Assembly (NCBI GenBank): GCA_002269645.1
Contig: NIVC01000677.1
Coordinates: forward strand, 372,001-436,000
Reading direction: 5' to 3'
Length of the DNA: 64,000 nucleotides
Origin: Macrostomum lignano
Lineage: Eukaryota
Of the stretch, positions 1-13,059 are shown piece after piece (within the stretch, counting starts at the first letter, position 1; every line of letters begins with the position of its first letter). The translations under genes were made by a program, and so were the position numbers. The notes beneath the pieces are model-generated. The model saw nothing but the letters and a program-made list of their open reading frames with translations, was not told where the DNA came from and made no database searches.

Positions 1-733
1 ATAAGTAGACATGCCACTTAAAAAATGCAATCATCTAATCTTTTAGTAGCACTGTAAGACTAGCAACCTTTTTTTGTATTGATAAAAAATCAACATTATC
101 AAATTATTTTTTTTAGTTTTTAATGCCGCGAAAGTTGCCTCTGGCTCTCTACAAGCAGACCCATTCAATTAGCATCTTCAAGCTGCACCCAAATCCAGTG
201 CATGTGCATAGCAAGCAAGAGAGAGAAGGGGTGGCGCTCCAGCCAGACCGAAAACAGTTTGGCTTTCTTCTTACCCGCTTGTATCTACCTCCTTACTGAT
301 CTCTGATTGGCTAAGCCAGACTGCCAGATTGAGCCTGCCCCTAAGCCTGAGTTTCGTCCGTCTCACTTTCACCTCTCTCCTTACTGCTCTCTCATTGGCT
401 GAGTCATTGAGTTAAATGCCTATTGTTAATTCTACGAGTGTCCCTAAAGGTAAAGGCCACAAACCCCGAAGAAGAAAAGGAAATTTTAGCTGCCAAATTA
501 GATTTAAGTGACACTGCGCAGACAAACTACTGAAAAAGAGTAGACGCTCTTTTTTTCACAACTTTAATTGCGAGTGACATATCTCGTTACTCTCATATAT
601 TTTTATGTGACTAGTAATGGGAATTTAGTTTCAACAAGTCTTACCTTTCTGACGGTATTGAATTCTGGTCACTTAAAATCTTGCTGCTAACGTAGTGGAA
701 TCACCCTGTTACTTATCAACTTTATCGAAACAG

Positions 734-3700
734 AATCTTCGCTATGAAGAAGGTGTGCTTAGACAGCGAAGAAGAGACGCGGTCAAGGTCCTTTGTCGAA
801 CGGGAAGCCAAGCTGCTGCAGAGGCTGTCCTGCTCGCATCTGGTCTGGTGCTACGCTGCCTTCGCTAACGAGGACTGCACCACCTTCTCCATTGTCACTG
901 TGAGCTAAATTGTTTTTTATTTTTACATGCTGCTCATAGTGACAATCTGACATGGCTTTTACTATTTCCTGGAACTTTAGAATTAGACTTTGGGACATCA
1001 AAGTGGACATTGGGCCCTCAAGTTAGACTTTAGGGGCGCCAAAGTAGACTGAGGATCCAAAGTAGACATTTCAGGCGCCAAAGTAGACATTATAGGCGCC
1101 AAAGTAGACATTATAAGCGCCAAAGTAGACATTAGAGGCGCCAAAGTAGACATTATAGGCGCCAAAATAGACATTGGAGGCACCAAAGTAGACTAAGGAT
1201 TCAAATTAGACATTGGGGGCGCCAGAGTCGACATAGAGGATCCAAAGTAGACTGAGGATCCAAAGTAGACTGAGGATCCAAAGTAGACATTGGAGGCGCC
1301 AAAATAGACATTGGATCTAAAGTAGCCATTGGGGAGTCAAAGTAGACATTGGGGAGTCAAAGTAGACATCGGGGAGTCAAAGTAGACATCGGGGAGTCAA
1401 AGTAGACATCGGGGAGTCAAAGTAGACATCGTGGAGTCAAAGTAGACATCGGGGAGTCAAAGTAGACATCGGGGAGTCAAAGTAGACATTGGGGAGTCAA
1501 AGTAGACATCGGGGAGTCAAAGTAGACATTGGGGAGTCAAAGTAGACATTGGGGAGTCAAAGTAGACATCGGGGAGTCAAAGTAGACATCAGGGAGTCAA
1601 AGTAGACATCGGGGAGTCAAAGTAGACATTGGGGAGTCAAAGTAGACATCGGGGAGTCAAAGTAGACATTGGGGAGTCAAAGTAGACATTGGGGAGTCAA
1701 AGTAGACATCGGGGAGTCAAAGTAGACATTGGGGAGTCAAAGTAGACATCGGGGAGTCAAAGTAGACATCGGGGAGTCAAAGTAGACATTGGGGAGTCAA
1801 AGTAGACATTGGGGAGTCAAAGTAGACATTGGGGAGTCAAAGTAGACATTGGGGAGTCAAAGTAGACATCGGGGAGTCAAAGTAGACATCGGGGAGTCAA
1901 AGTAGACATTGGGGAGTCAAAGTAGACATTGGGGTAGCCAAAGGAAGCACTGGGATACTACTGCAAAGCGGAGGTCAAGAATTCTGTTCAAAAGCAATCT
2001 CAACCTCGAACGTTCCCAAAGGACTATTGCGAAGGCGGAAATCTCGCTAAGCACATCGCCTGTAGGAAGATGGTGAGCTTGCTAATAGCATAAATTATTC
2101 GGATAAATTCCTAATTCGAATACTATATTAACTAAGCTTGTACATGTGTAAAATTTTTCAGACCAATGAAATTTTCGACGAAGACGAGATTATGCATGTA
2201 AGCTGCTCTCAGCTTCATTTCTAGTTGAACACTGTTATATTTGTAATTTATTTTCATTGCGCTTCATTTTGGCGCGTTTTAACTTTCTATTTTAGTGGTT
2301 CGTTCAAGCCACTCTTGGTCTGAACTATCTGCATAATAACGGAATTCTTCACAGGTGAGGCATCGGACTGACTGATTTTGTTTTATGCAGTAAGAGCAGT
2401 CTGTCTTGGTTGTGTTTCTTGGTATTTTCTTTTACCTGCTCTTCTAGATGCCAATCCATCCTCTTAGTCTTTGTTTAGGATGTCATTTAATCTCTTAGTC
2501 TTTGTTTGGAATGCCACCTCATCTGGTCTTTGTTTGAGATGCCAAACACATCTTCTGGTCTTTGTCTGAGACTCAGGTGCCAACCTCATCATCTGGTCTT
2601 TGTCCGAGATGCCACACACATCTTCTGGTCTTTGTCTGAGATGCCACACACATCTTCTGGTCTTTGTCTGAGACTCAGGTACCAACCTCATCATCTGGTC
2701 TTTGTCTGAAGCTCAGGTACCAACCTTATCATCTGGTTTTTGTCTGAGACTCTCAGGTACCAACCTCATCATCTGTTCTTTGTCTGAGGCTCTCAGGTAC
2801 CAACCTCATCATCTGGTCTTTGTCTGAGACTCTCAGGTACCAACCTCATCATCTGGTCTTTGTCTGAGGCTCTCAGGTACCAACCTCATTATCTGGTCTT
2901 TGTCTGAGACTCTCAGGTACCAACCTCATCATCTGGTCTTTGTCTGAGGCTCTCAGGTACCAACCTCATCATCTGGTCTTTGTCTGAGACTCTCAGGTAC
3001 CAACCTCATCATCTGGTCTTTGTCTGAGGCTCTCATGTGCCAACCTCATCATCTGTTCTTTGTCTGAGACTCTCAGGTACCAACCTCATCATCTGGTCTT
3101 TGTCTGAAACTCTCAGGTACCAACCTCATCATCTGGTCTTTGTCTGAGACTCTCAGGTACCAAACTCATCATCTGGTCTTTGTCTGAGGCTCTCAGGTAC
3201 CAACCTCATCATCTGGTCTTTGTCTGAGGCTCTCAGGTACCAACCTCATCATCTGGTCTTTGTCTGAGACTCTCAGGTACCAACCTCATCATCTGGTCTT
3301 TGTCTGAGACTCTCATGTGCCAAGTCCAGCTTCTAGTCTTTGTCTGAGACTCTCAGGTACCAACCTCATCATCTGGTCTTTGTCTGAAACTCTCAGGTAC
3401 CAACCTTATCATCTGGTCTTTGTCTGAAACTCTCAGGTACCAACCTCATCATCTGGTCTTTGTCTGAGACTCTCATGTGCCAAGTCCAGCTTCTAGTCTT
3501 TGTCTCACTGTCACGTGCCAACCCCAACTTCTAGTCTTCGTCTCAGACTCAGGTGCCATCCGGTATAAAGTCCATTGTAGACAAAAATGTTCAAATTATA
3601 ATCCAAAACCATTGCAGAGATCTTCGGCCCAGCAATGTGAATCTCACCAATAGAAATGTAGCCAAGCTGTGCGATTTCGGCTTCTCAAAATGCGTCGACA

Positions 3701-5947
3701 ATTTTCTCGATCTAATTAACGGAGTTGTTGGCTTGCCGTTCTATCAGTCGCCTGAGGCCTGCAACTTCAACGCCTACACGTCAAAGTGCGACGTTTGGGT
3801 GAGTGTGATGTCATGTCTTACAGGTGATGTCATGTCTGACAGGTGATGTCTTGTCTGACAGGTGATGTCATGTGTGACAGGTGATGTCTTGTCTGACAGG
3901 TTATGTCTTGTCTGACAGGTTATGTCATATCTGGCGGGTAATGTCATGTCTGACGGGTGATGTCATGTCTGACAAGTGATGTCATGTCTGACAGGTTATG
4001 TCATATCTGACGGGAATGTCATGTCTGACGGTTGATGTTATGTCTGACAAGTGATGTCATGTCTGACAGGTGATGTCAAGTCTGAAAGTAATGTCATGTC
4101 TGACAAGTGATGTCATGTCTGACAGGTAATGTCATGTCTGACGGGTGATGTCAAGTCTGAAAGTAATGTCATGTCTGACGGGTGATGTCAAGTCTGAAAG
4201 TAATGTCATGTCTGACGGGTGATGTCAAGTCTGAAAGTAATGTCATGTCTGACAAGTGATGTCATGTCTGACAGGTAATGTCATGTCTGACGGGTGATGT
4301 CAAGTCTGAAAGTAATGTCATGTCTGACGGGTGATGTCAAGTCTGAAAGTAATGTCATGTCTGACGGGTGATGTCAAGTCTGAAAGTAATTTCATGTCTG
4401 ACAGGTGATGTCAAGTCTGACAACCTTATCTGGCAGGTGATGCCAATTCTATTATTTAATGCATCAAATAACAATTACTTGTCTGACAGGTAATTTGATG
4501 TCTGGCTAGTGATAAAGTGTCTGATAATTTTGTGTCCAACAAGTATTAGGCTAGTCTTAATTTTCAGTTAAACTCTTTCGTTATTGTTATATCTAGTGCT
4601 GTTGATAAACTCCCCCAGTCCCTCGGCTGCCTGCTGTACGAGCTGGCCTGCCTTCGGCCGGCTTTCTACTTGGAGTCTGGCGCTCGCACTGTCCTTGACC
4701 GGGTCAGGCGGGGCAGCTTCGCCAAGCTGGACCGCCGCTCGCTCGGTTTGTCCTCGGCGCTGACCAGCCTGGTTGACGAGCTGCTGCAGGTGAGGGCGCT
4801 TTTTTGTCTGAGGATATCTCACCGCGACCCCTGGTTCGATTCCGTGCGCAAACACATTAATTTGGCTTCCACACCCGTGAGAGCCAGCCCCCAAGGCACA
4901 GAGAGTAAATCTCTGACTAGAAAGTCGGCTGTGCACCCTGTGTGAGCGAGTGTTTGAGTGCGTGTCTGCGCACAGTATTGGGCGCACGCTAGAAAAATAA
5001 TAGACTTAGTACTAATTAGATGACGAGGCATTAAGCCTGAATAAGGTAGTCATAGTTACTCTTACCGTTTACCCAAAATTGCGTTAATTTTTGCTCTACA
5101 GTTTCTTTCAAAGGTAAGTCGCATTTTTGGTAAAAAAAAAGTCAAAAAATTATTTTGGGATTTCGTCTGTCTGTCTGCGATATCCCCACTTTTCCCTAAC
5201 CGGCTGGCCCTCACTCCACAGGTGTCGTGGGAGAAGCGGCCCTCGTGCAGGCGGCTGCTCACGCAGGGCAGTCTGGTCCGGCGCCACCTGGCCCAGTTCA
5301 GCAGCCTGGCGGAGGAGAACGCCGAGGAACGTGGCGGCGTCACCAGCCGGGCTAGCGGCGGCCTTCGGGGCGGCTCCGCGTCGCCGTCGGACTCCCCGCG
5401 TCGCGGCAGCCGCGGCAGCGCCACAGAGCGGCCGCTGTCGCGAATGTCGCGGATCCAGACACCCCGGCCGAGGCCTCGCTGGTCCGCGGCGGGCAGCGCC
5501 GGCGGCGGCAGGGCCGGCATCGTGCCGGAGGAGACGGACGACCTGGAAGACCTCATTGACATGCGGGACAACGGCAGCAGCAGCTCCGAGGACTCCGACG
5601 ATGACGACGACGCGGGCGGAGCTGGAAGCCGCGGCCGGCGCCACCAACAACGCGGCGGTCGTTACAATGACGACGAGGCGGCCGAAGACAACGACGATGA
5701 TGACGAAGCAAGCAGCAGCAGCGACGAGGAGGAGTGCGCTGACACGGAGGATTGGGCGCTAGTGCTTGAGGAGGCCCGACGCGCTGTTGAGGACGGCCAG
5801 TCCGCCGCAGCGGCCGCCGCCGCCTCCGCCCCGGCGGGGTGCTACGACTCTGTCGCCGATTGCCTGTTTGACGCCTACGGCGTTGATGGCAGCTGCGTCG
5901 ACAAATCCGGCCGACACGTGTGCGCCGAGTACCTCCGGAGCGTGTGA
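734..5947 (+). CDS. NIMA/NEK-like Ser/Thr protein kinase, 5' exon(s) not located; exons 734-899, 2022-2072, 2162-2197, 2296-2354, 3618-3798, 4619-4789, 5222-5947
   Basis: GT-AG exons join in frame: IFAMKKV...EAKLLQRL...VT-DYCEGGNL-...WFVQATLGLNYLHNNGILHR-DLRPSN...KLCDFG...SPE...KCDVW-SLGCLLYEL; acidic low-complexity tail. Gly-rich loop exon not found. Confidence 0.85.
1021..1931. repeat. 20-bp minisatellite (AGTAGACATYGGGGAGTCAA) in a kinase intron, degenerate at the 5' end
   Basis: Exact 20-bp periodicity 1320-1931; diverged GGCGCC-containing units 1021-1310. Confidence 0.95.
2464..3552. repeat. 40-bp minisatellite (CAACCTCATCATCTGGTCTTTGTCTGAGACTCTCAGGTAC) in a kinase intron
   Basis: Direct tandem repetition, over 20 units. 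Confidence 0.95.
3806..4440. repeat. 19-bp minisatellite (TGATGTCATGTCTGACAGG) in a kinase intron
   Basis: Tandem units start just after the donor at 3799. Confidence 0.93.
5000..5150 (+). mobile_element. Diverged internal fragment related to the hAT-MITE family
   Basis: TAGTACTAA..TGACGAGGCATT..GTCATAGTTACTC..CCGTTTACCCAAA..GCGTTAATTTT..AAGTCGCATTTTTGG matches the interior of 25553-25834; TIRs not found. Confidence 0.6.
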
Positions 5948-7361
5948 GTGGATTGTGGCTTTTTTGTAGCTCGTATATTGGACTCGATCGTATGAAACTG
6001 GCACCGCGGACAGGCGTTTAGAGGGGACAGCTGCCCCTGGCATTGAGATGGGGGCACTTGCCCCCTGGCAGTTAGATGGGGGCAGGGGGCTTCGGGGGCA
6101 CTGCCTCTACAGCATTTGAGACACAACAAAGAAAAATGTTTCCGAAGTGCCTGGTATGAAATATATAAATATATGTTAATTCAATACTGACCGCAAGTAG
6201 TTAAATAGTATTTTAGTGACAAATTCACTGTATCTCTACTAAGTTGCTTAGCTACGAAAGTTTTTCCTTGGATGCGTTTTAAAAGTATTTTTATTGTTTA
6301 CCAGTTACAATTATATATTAATTAGATAAGTATAAGTCATTTTGAAAGGCTGGACTTCCATACATAAACATAAATAGTCATGAAAAATGTTATCATTCTT
6401 ACTGTTAAGTAGTAGAAGTAGTGAAATAGTGTGGATAATTTTTGTTTTATCAGGAAAAAATGCTTTTTAACTTTTGGTTTATACCCTGTAAGTAGTATAC
6501 TTGGTGCATGAATCGAGTGGAATGTATATGTCAGTATTCTATCAAATATATTGATTGTTTTTCAGGTTCGACAAAGGCAGTCGGAAGGGCTAGCGGCGGT
6601 TAATAATAGTTTGCTAACGCGGAGTTTCTTCATTGCTCCAATGAAAAAATAGTTAATCATGTTAAATACAGCTCCGTGTCTGCGCGCTGTGTCAGATATG
6701 GGCCAGCCAGCTGTGTCAGTACAATCGATAGTTGCTAAGAAAATCCCGCATTGTTTCGCTTTTTGTTAAAATTCTTACAACGTTTTCTGCCTTACACCGT
6801 GTACTGTTATTTTATTTTCTTTCTCTATTAGCCATTTTGTCAACTGTCCGTGTCTTATTATTGCTTATTACTACTTACAGTAGTGTGGCAGTGCCTAGTT
6901 ATTGTTGATTTATTAAAAAAATTGCCCTACTTTGCATTGCTATTTCGTTATGTTTCTGACTTGATCAAAGGCTATTATTGTGTGCATAAAAATGGCTTGC
7001 AAATCATTCCGATATTAGAATTTGAAGCTTTTTGAGGCGTAGAAACATTTATTTGTATAAAAAATTCTCTGTTTTATTACACTTTCTGTTTGATTGGCGC
7101 TATCGTGCAGAGTTTTACTGAGCACTTTGAATTCTTGGAATCATTTTGTTATTTTATAAGCACTTTTTTTGCGTTGTTCCTTGATGCAGCTGATCTGCCG
7201 GATAAAAGGGCTGTGCAGCTGTCTTTGTGCAATTCCGCCCAATCCGCCCCATTAGTGGATACATCAAGTTGAAAATGTGTCTGCATCTAGATCGTAAATA
7301 CTTAGTTTAATGCGCCTTTTAACTCAATAGGCACTCAATCCATGCCTCTCTGCAAACCCAC

Positions 7362-7956
7362 CTCACCCCTTCCACACACCCACCTCACTCCCTGCCCCTT
7401 CCACACACCACCTCACTCCCTGCCCTCCACACACCCACCTCACTCGCTGTCCCTTCCACACCCACCTCACTCCCTGCCCCTCCACACGCCCACCTCACTC
7501 CCTGCCCCTCCACACACCCACCTCACTCCCTGCCCCTCCACTCGCTAACCTCAATCCCTGCCCCTTCCACACACCCACCTCACTCGCTGTCCCTTCCACA
7601 CACCCACCTCACTCCCTGCCCCTCCACTCGCTTACCTCAATCCCTGCCCCTTCCACACACCCACCTCACTCCCTGCCCTCCACACACCCACCTAATTCCC
7701 TGCCCTCCACACACCCACCTCACTCCCTGCCCCTTCCACACACCCACCTCACTCCCTGCCCCTCCACTCGCTAACCTCAATTCCTGCCCCTTCCACACAC
7801 CCACCTCACTCCCTGCCCTCCACACACCCACCTAATTCCCTGCCCTCCACACACCCACCTCACTCCCTGCCCCTCCACTCGCTAACCTCACTCCCTGCCC
7901 CTTCCACACACCCACCTCACTCCCTGCCGCTCCATACACCCACCTCACTCCCTGCT
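7362..7956. repeat. C-rich minisatellite (~27-33 bp, core CACCTCACTCCCTGCC)
   Basis: Tandem variant units; shares its core with the 30-bp array at 8748-12912. Confidence 0.92.
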
Positions 7957-8747
7957 TAAGCTAGTTAAAAATTAACTAAAAAATGCTGGGAAACAGCTTT
8001 GCTAAGAAGTTCCACTTTGTCAGCAGCGGATCTACAGGTATCTTGTGGAAGAAACCAATAATACTTATGTCTAACCTGTTATTGACAGTAGCCATTTCGT
8101 GTTGTTTTTACACCAAGCAGAATTAAATCTCTTTATTGATAATCAGGTAAGGCGTTGCTCTGATATTATATAAACTTTAAATTACTTATAGGGGCATATT
8201 GTCCATTCAGAGATGCTTTTCTATTTTCCGTCCCGACAAAACTGCGTTTTTTCCTGCAGTTCAGTTTTTCCTTGTACGCCGTCCGTCCAAAGTTCTTGGG
8301 TGTTTGCTAAAATTAAGCGATTTATCAAGCTTCTCCGTCTCTGGAATCTTTGTTTGTACATACGTATACACAATTTCTATTGATTAGTCTTTGTTGTCGG
8401 GCACTGCTACACAGTAGAGTAGCATGCAGATAGCTATCCTAGATAGATTCTATGCCGATTAAATTCTCTGCAGTTGATTTAATAGTACAGTCTACTTCCC
8501 GTTGAGTTTCCCGTAGTAACTACTCTGAAACCCTTTTTATCGGATATTGTTTTAGTTCGAGCTAATTGGATAGCCATGTCTTGATTAATGATAAAATGAA
8601 TTACATTTTGTTTATCTGGCTCCTTCATTTTAAATATATCTTACTTATAATCCTATAAAATACGTAGGTTGCCTGAGTTTTCATTCTTTTGCTTTGTTAC
8701 GAGCATATTTAAAACATTTGGCTTGAGTAACTGCTTCCGTCAACTTT

Positions 8748-9263
8748 CCACCTCACTCCCTGCCCTTTCAAACACATCCACCTCACTCCCTGCCACTCTG
8801 AACACATACACCTCACTCCCTGCCACTCTGAACACATCCACCTCACTCCCTGCCACTCTGAACACATCCACCTCACTCCCTGCCACTCTGAACACATCCA
8901 CCTCACTCCCTGCCACTCTGAACACATCCACCTCACTCCCTGCCACTCTGAACACATCCACCTCACTCCCTGCCACTCTGAACACATACACCTCACTCCA
9001 TGCCACTCTGAACACATCCACCTCACTCCCTGCCACTCTGAACACATCCACCTCACTCCCTGCCACTCTGAACACATCCACCTCACTCCCTGCCACTCTG
9101 AACACATCCACCTCACTCCCTGCCACTCTGAACACATCCACCTCACTCCCTGCCACTCTGAACACATCCACCTCACTCCCTGCCACTCTGAACACATCCA
9201 CCTCACTCCCTGCCACTCTGAACACATCCACCTCACTCCCTGCCACTCTGAACACATACACCT
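8748..9263. repeat. 30-bp minisatellite (TGCCACTCTGAACACATCCACCTCACTCCC), left part
   Basis: Near-perfect 30-bp periodicity, interrupted at 9264 by a transposon. Confidence 0.97.
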
Positions 9264-12200
9264 CACAGCACCCATGGAACATCTTTTAGGGAGAAAAAAA
9301 GTACGAAGCAATCCATTCAACTTTTCTTGTTCCATAGACACCTGTAGATGAAAAAAATGAAAAACAGAAAAAAATTTGCGATAGCTTCATGTTTTATTGC
9401 ACTTTTTGCATTTTCATGTACTTTTAATTGGCAAAACAGGAAGACATTCCATAAAAACTGCCATTTATGCTTACAGGTCATCAGCGAATTAAATTCAGCT
9501 ACCTGCTTAACTCTAACTATCAGGCCGAAGAAAAAAAACTTTATGCAGAGTGTGAGGCTAATTTAAATAGTGTTTTTTAAATAAGTTTTTACCATAAACA
9601 AATATATTATAGATAGCTTAAAGACACATTTTTTCTATCTACCATTGCAAACAAAAAAAGACTTAGAAAAAGAAAATGTTCTTACTATTAAAGCAGGTCA
9701 CAAATGCCGCGAGCAGTACGCAACAGTGCACTTCAGCAGCTGTTGTGCATACTGAGAATTTGTAGGACTAACTTTGTAGCTGCGGCACCACAGGCTGTTG
9801 AAATCGCGATGCACAGCTTCGCCAGCTTGCTCAGACCAAAAGCCTAGTCCACGTCGGGCTTCCCTGTTGTCAGCGCTTGAGAGGAAAGGCACCACGTGTT
9901 CAATCAGCGCGTGCACCTTCGGCGTGGTGCTAATACCGAGATCCGCGTAAGCCTGAGCAAAGTGAGCCACGGCGGTCTCGAAGCTATCGCGCAGTCATTT
10001 CCGTTTATTTGCCTGCCATTCTGAGGCTGTCGCTGAACTCCCAGTCGAGCAAGCCAGTCATCAATGCGCACCGAACAGTCATTTGTCGCTTGGAGTCGCG
10101 TGTCCAGTTCTTCCAGCAGCCGGTTGGTAATTCCCAGCATCAGGTGCAGTTCCATTGGAGGCACGATCGTTAGAACCTCGGTGTCGTCAGGCAGATCTGT
10201 TAGTGGATCATGCACACAATTCTTGAAGTTGGCAGCTCCAAGCTGCAAACTGCCCCGATGCTACTGAGCTGCCTGCTGATACTGGGCTGCATTTCTTCGA
10301 ATGGCACCGAGCGTCCGCAGCTGGATGTCACGATGCGCATCACCAAAAAGGTTCCGCCTGCACTCGCACCAAGGACACGGATGCAAGCTGCTGCATGCCT
10401 GAAGCCCAAGGAAGATGTTGGCCATCTTCATGTCCATCGAGCAGTAATATCGGACGCCTTTCATATTCAAAAGATCCAGCATGGTCTTAAGGTTGGCATA
10501 CGTTTCTTTCACTCCTTGAACAATTCCTAGTAGCATGAGTCTCTTGACACCTCCTTCGGCAAAGTGGCTTGAGCAGACATCGGCAGCCTGAGTCTCGAAG
10601 TCACTTGCATCAGTTGATGTGTCAACTATGAGGCTGAGACAGATTTTCAGAAAATCACCACCACTGTCCATTCCAACTTTTGCAACGAACTCAGAACCAA
10701 AAGGCGCCCTCCGGTGTTGCAGCATGTAATCAATGAGACCTGCTGGGTCCCTGCAGAATATGACGGAGCAGCGCTTCTTCTGACCGCCGCTGATCTCAAA
10801 CTCTGCATCGGTCACCGAAAAATACTCGCTGAGGCTGCTGTCCAGCTGCTGCAACTTCGACTCCAGGCCTGCTTCAATTGACTTCCGCCCTTTCCACTTA
10901 TGGAAGAATTGCGCTGCAGTCCTCGTTTGCCGTCTGCTTAGACTCAGCGCCTGCTGAAAGCAGCTCATTTCAGATGCTGAGATCGGCGAATCGTAAAAAG
11001 CAGCCGAGTTTTTAGCTTGTGATGGGGCTGGGAGACTGAGTGTTAGATTACGCCCACGAGTTGCCAGTTGAATTGGAGCAGCACCGTGCGCATCGACAGA
11101 TTTTCTTTTGATTACTTTGGCTGCGTGCATCTCAGCCCCTCGCTGGTCCACAGAGTACTCTGTGCACAGGTTTTCCCTGCGTTGAGTGATGGTACAGCAG
11201 TGACTGACTCCTCGCCGGAGGATGCAAAGGCAGCGTCGGCAGATTTTGGCTGGTAAAGCTACAGGCAGCTGGTCGTTGGATGTCTTCGGCCGGCCAATCG
11301 GTTGAGCCGGAACTTTAACAGAGCCAAGCCCCTGACCAATAGGAGTCATCCGGGCGACTTCACACAGATCACAATGGCACAGGGGATTCTGTCGTGTGAC
11401 TGCTGTCTGCTTCACTTTTGAGAAGTCATATGGTTGGGGCAGAGCATCCACTGGCTTTCTACCACTGTCGACATCAAGAAGAAGTTTGCGACACCGAGCG
11501 CACAAAGATGCTGGAAGACTTTCATCAGTGATGTCAATATCTTCGATAAAATTTCGATTGATGCGTTGTAGATTTGCGTCACAAATAGGTTCATGAGATG
11601 CTCCTTTTTTAAAGCAGATTAGGCATACTTTCAATCGGTTCTCCGAATGAGTTAAAGCCGTTGAAGGCATTGCAGAGCTATCAAAAGTGCTATAAAAACT
11701 GATGATAGAATATAACTTTGTTTGAAGTTTGTTGACGTTATTTTATGCTAGGATAGAGTGGATTTTCCAATCACTGTGAGATGTTTACTGAGTTTGTAGT
11801 GCATGATTGTACATTTTAATTGAACCGTATAGTTGGCCTGCTTGCGGGCATGAAATTTTCAGACGAGTGCAGCATTGTGAATGTCTTGTGGATGTACATC
11901 TGTTAAGTTAAAAACTGGCCGCCTAAAGTTAAGCAATCGATTGGTTGATTTCATTCAGCTTAGCTGCGTGTACAATGATTTGGCCAATCAAATGCTATCG
12001 ATTATGTGAGCCAGAAATAAAGGTTTAGTTACTCTGTAGATCATTGAATACTCAAATCAATCTAGACTTTGTGCAAGACTAGTGGTACTTTAATTTGACT
12101 AGTGTGTGACTCGCGGAGATACTAGCTTCAATGTAAACAAGTCTTTAGTTATTTATTTGGCTGTATGGGATAAAAAGGTAGCTGAATTTATTTCGCTAAT

Positions 12201-12416
12201 GACCTGTAAGCTGAAATGGCAGTTTTTATGGAATATCTTCCTCTATTGCCAATTAAAAGTACATGAAAATTCAAAAAGTGCTATAAAACATGAAGCTATC
12301 GCAATTTTTTTTCTGTTTTTCATTTTTTTCATCTACAGGTGTCTATGGAACAAGAAAAGTTGAATGGATTGCTTCGTACTTTTTTTCTCCCTAAAAGATG
12401 TTCCATGGGTGCTGTG
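9264..12416 (-). mobile_element. Chapaev-type (Transib/RAG1-related) DNA transposon, 3153 bp, ~240-bp TIRs, 4-bp TSD ACCT
   Basis: Ends CACAGCACCCATGGAACATC / GATGTTCCATGGGTGCTGTG; ACCT at 9260-9263 and 12417-12420; inverted repeats ~9264-9504 vs ~12176-12416. CAC/GTG termini with a 4-bp TSD are Chapaev hallmarks. Confidence 0.85.
9698..11670 (-). pseudogene. Disrupted Chapaev/RAG1-like DDE transposase
   Basis: N-terminal H-x7-CxxC, CxxC, CxCxxC zinc region; GMDSGG (D1); DMKMAN..C..HPCPWC (D2 + CxxC); MELHLMLG; TPKVHALIEH; SEQAGE (E). In-frame TAG at 10261-10263 and a frame break after NGNDC near 9990. Confidence 0.8.
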
Positions 12417-12912
12417 ACCTCACTCCCTGCCACTCTGAACACATCCACCTCACTCCCTGCCACTCTGAACACATCCACCTCACTCCCTGCCACTCTGAAC
12501 ACATCCACCTCACTCCCTGCCACTCTGAACACATCCACCTCACTCCCTGCCACTCTGAACACATCCACCTCACTCCCTGCCACTCTGAACACATACACCT
12601 CACTCCCTGCCACTCTGAACACATCCACCTCACTCCCTGCCACTCTGAACACATCCACCTCACTCCCTGCCACTCTGAACACATCCACCTCACTCCCTGC
12701 CACTCTGAACACATCCACCTCACTCCCTGCCACTCTGAACACATCCACCTCACTCCCTGCCACTCTGAACACATACACCTCACTCCCTGCATTTTCAAAC
12801 ACACCCACCTCACTCCTTGCCACTCTGAACTCATCCATCTCACTGCCTGCTTCTCCGCACACACCCATCTCACTGCCTGCTTCTCCGCACACACCCATCT
12901 CACTCCTTGCAC
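12417..12912. repeat. 30-bp minisatellite, right part
   Basis: Same unit as 8748-9263 resumes in register after the TSD, then degenerates. Confidence 0.97.
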
Positions 12913-13059
12913 TCCTTGCTCCTCTGCACACACCCACTTGCGACATTATTAGCTATCGGTAGAACCAATATGACTAGCGCTCTGAATCACCACAGCAGTG
13001 CTCTCCACAGCTCTGCTTCATATTATTATTTGTCTCTTTGCATGCATTCAGAGCTGCCA

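Noticed and set aside
430-700. Candidate first exon of the kinase
   Set aside because: No GxGxxG-like sequence or phase-2 donor fits; the 5' exon is probably outside the window.
998-1186. MSTLAP repeat protein
   Set aside because: Antisense reading of the degenerate part of an intronic array in the kinase gene.
8669-9341. Long repetitive ORFs over minisatellites (also 12329-12962, 21582-22931, 23724-25097, 36853-37551, 38012-39653)
   Set aside because: They are translations of tandem repeats lacking stops in some frames, and most lie in introns of other genes.
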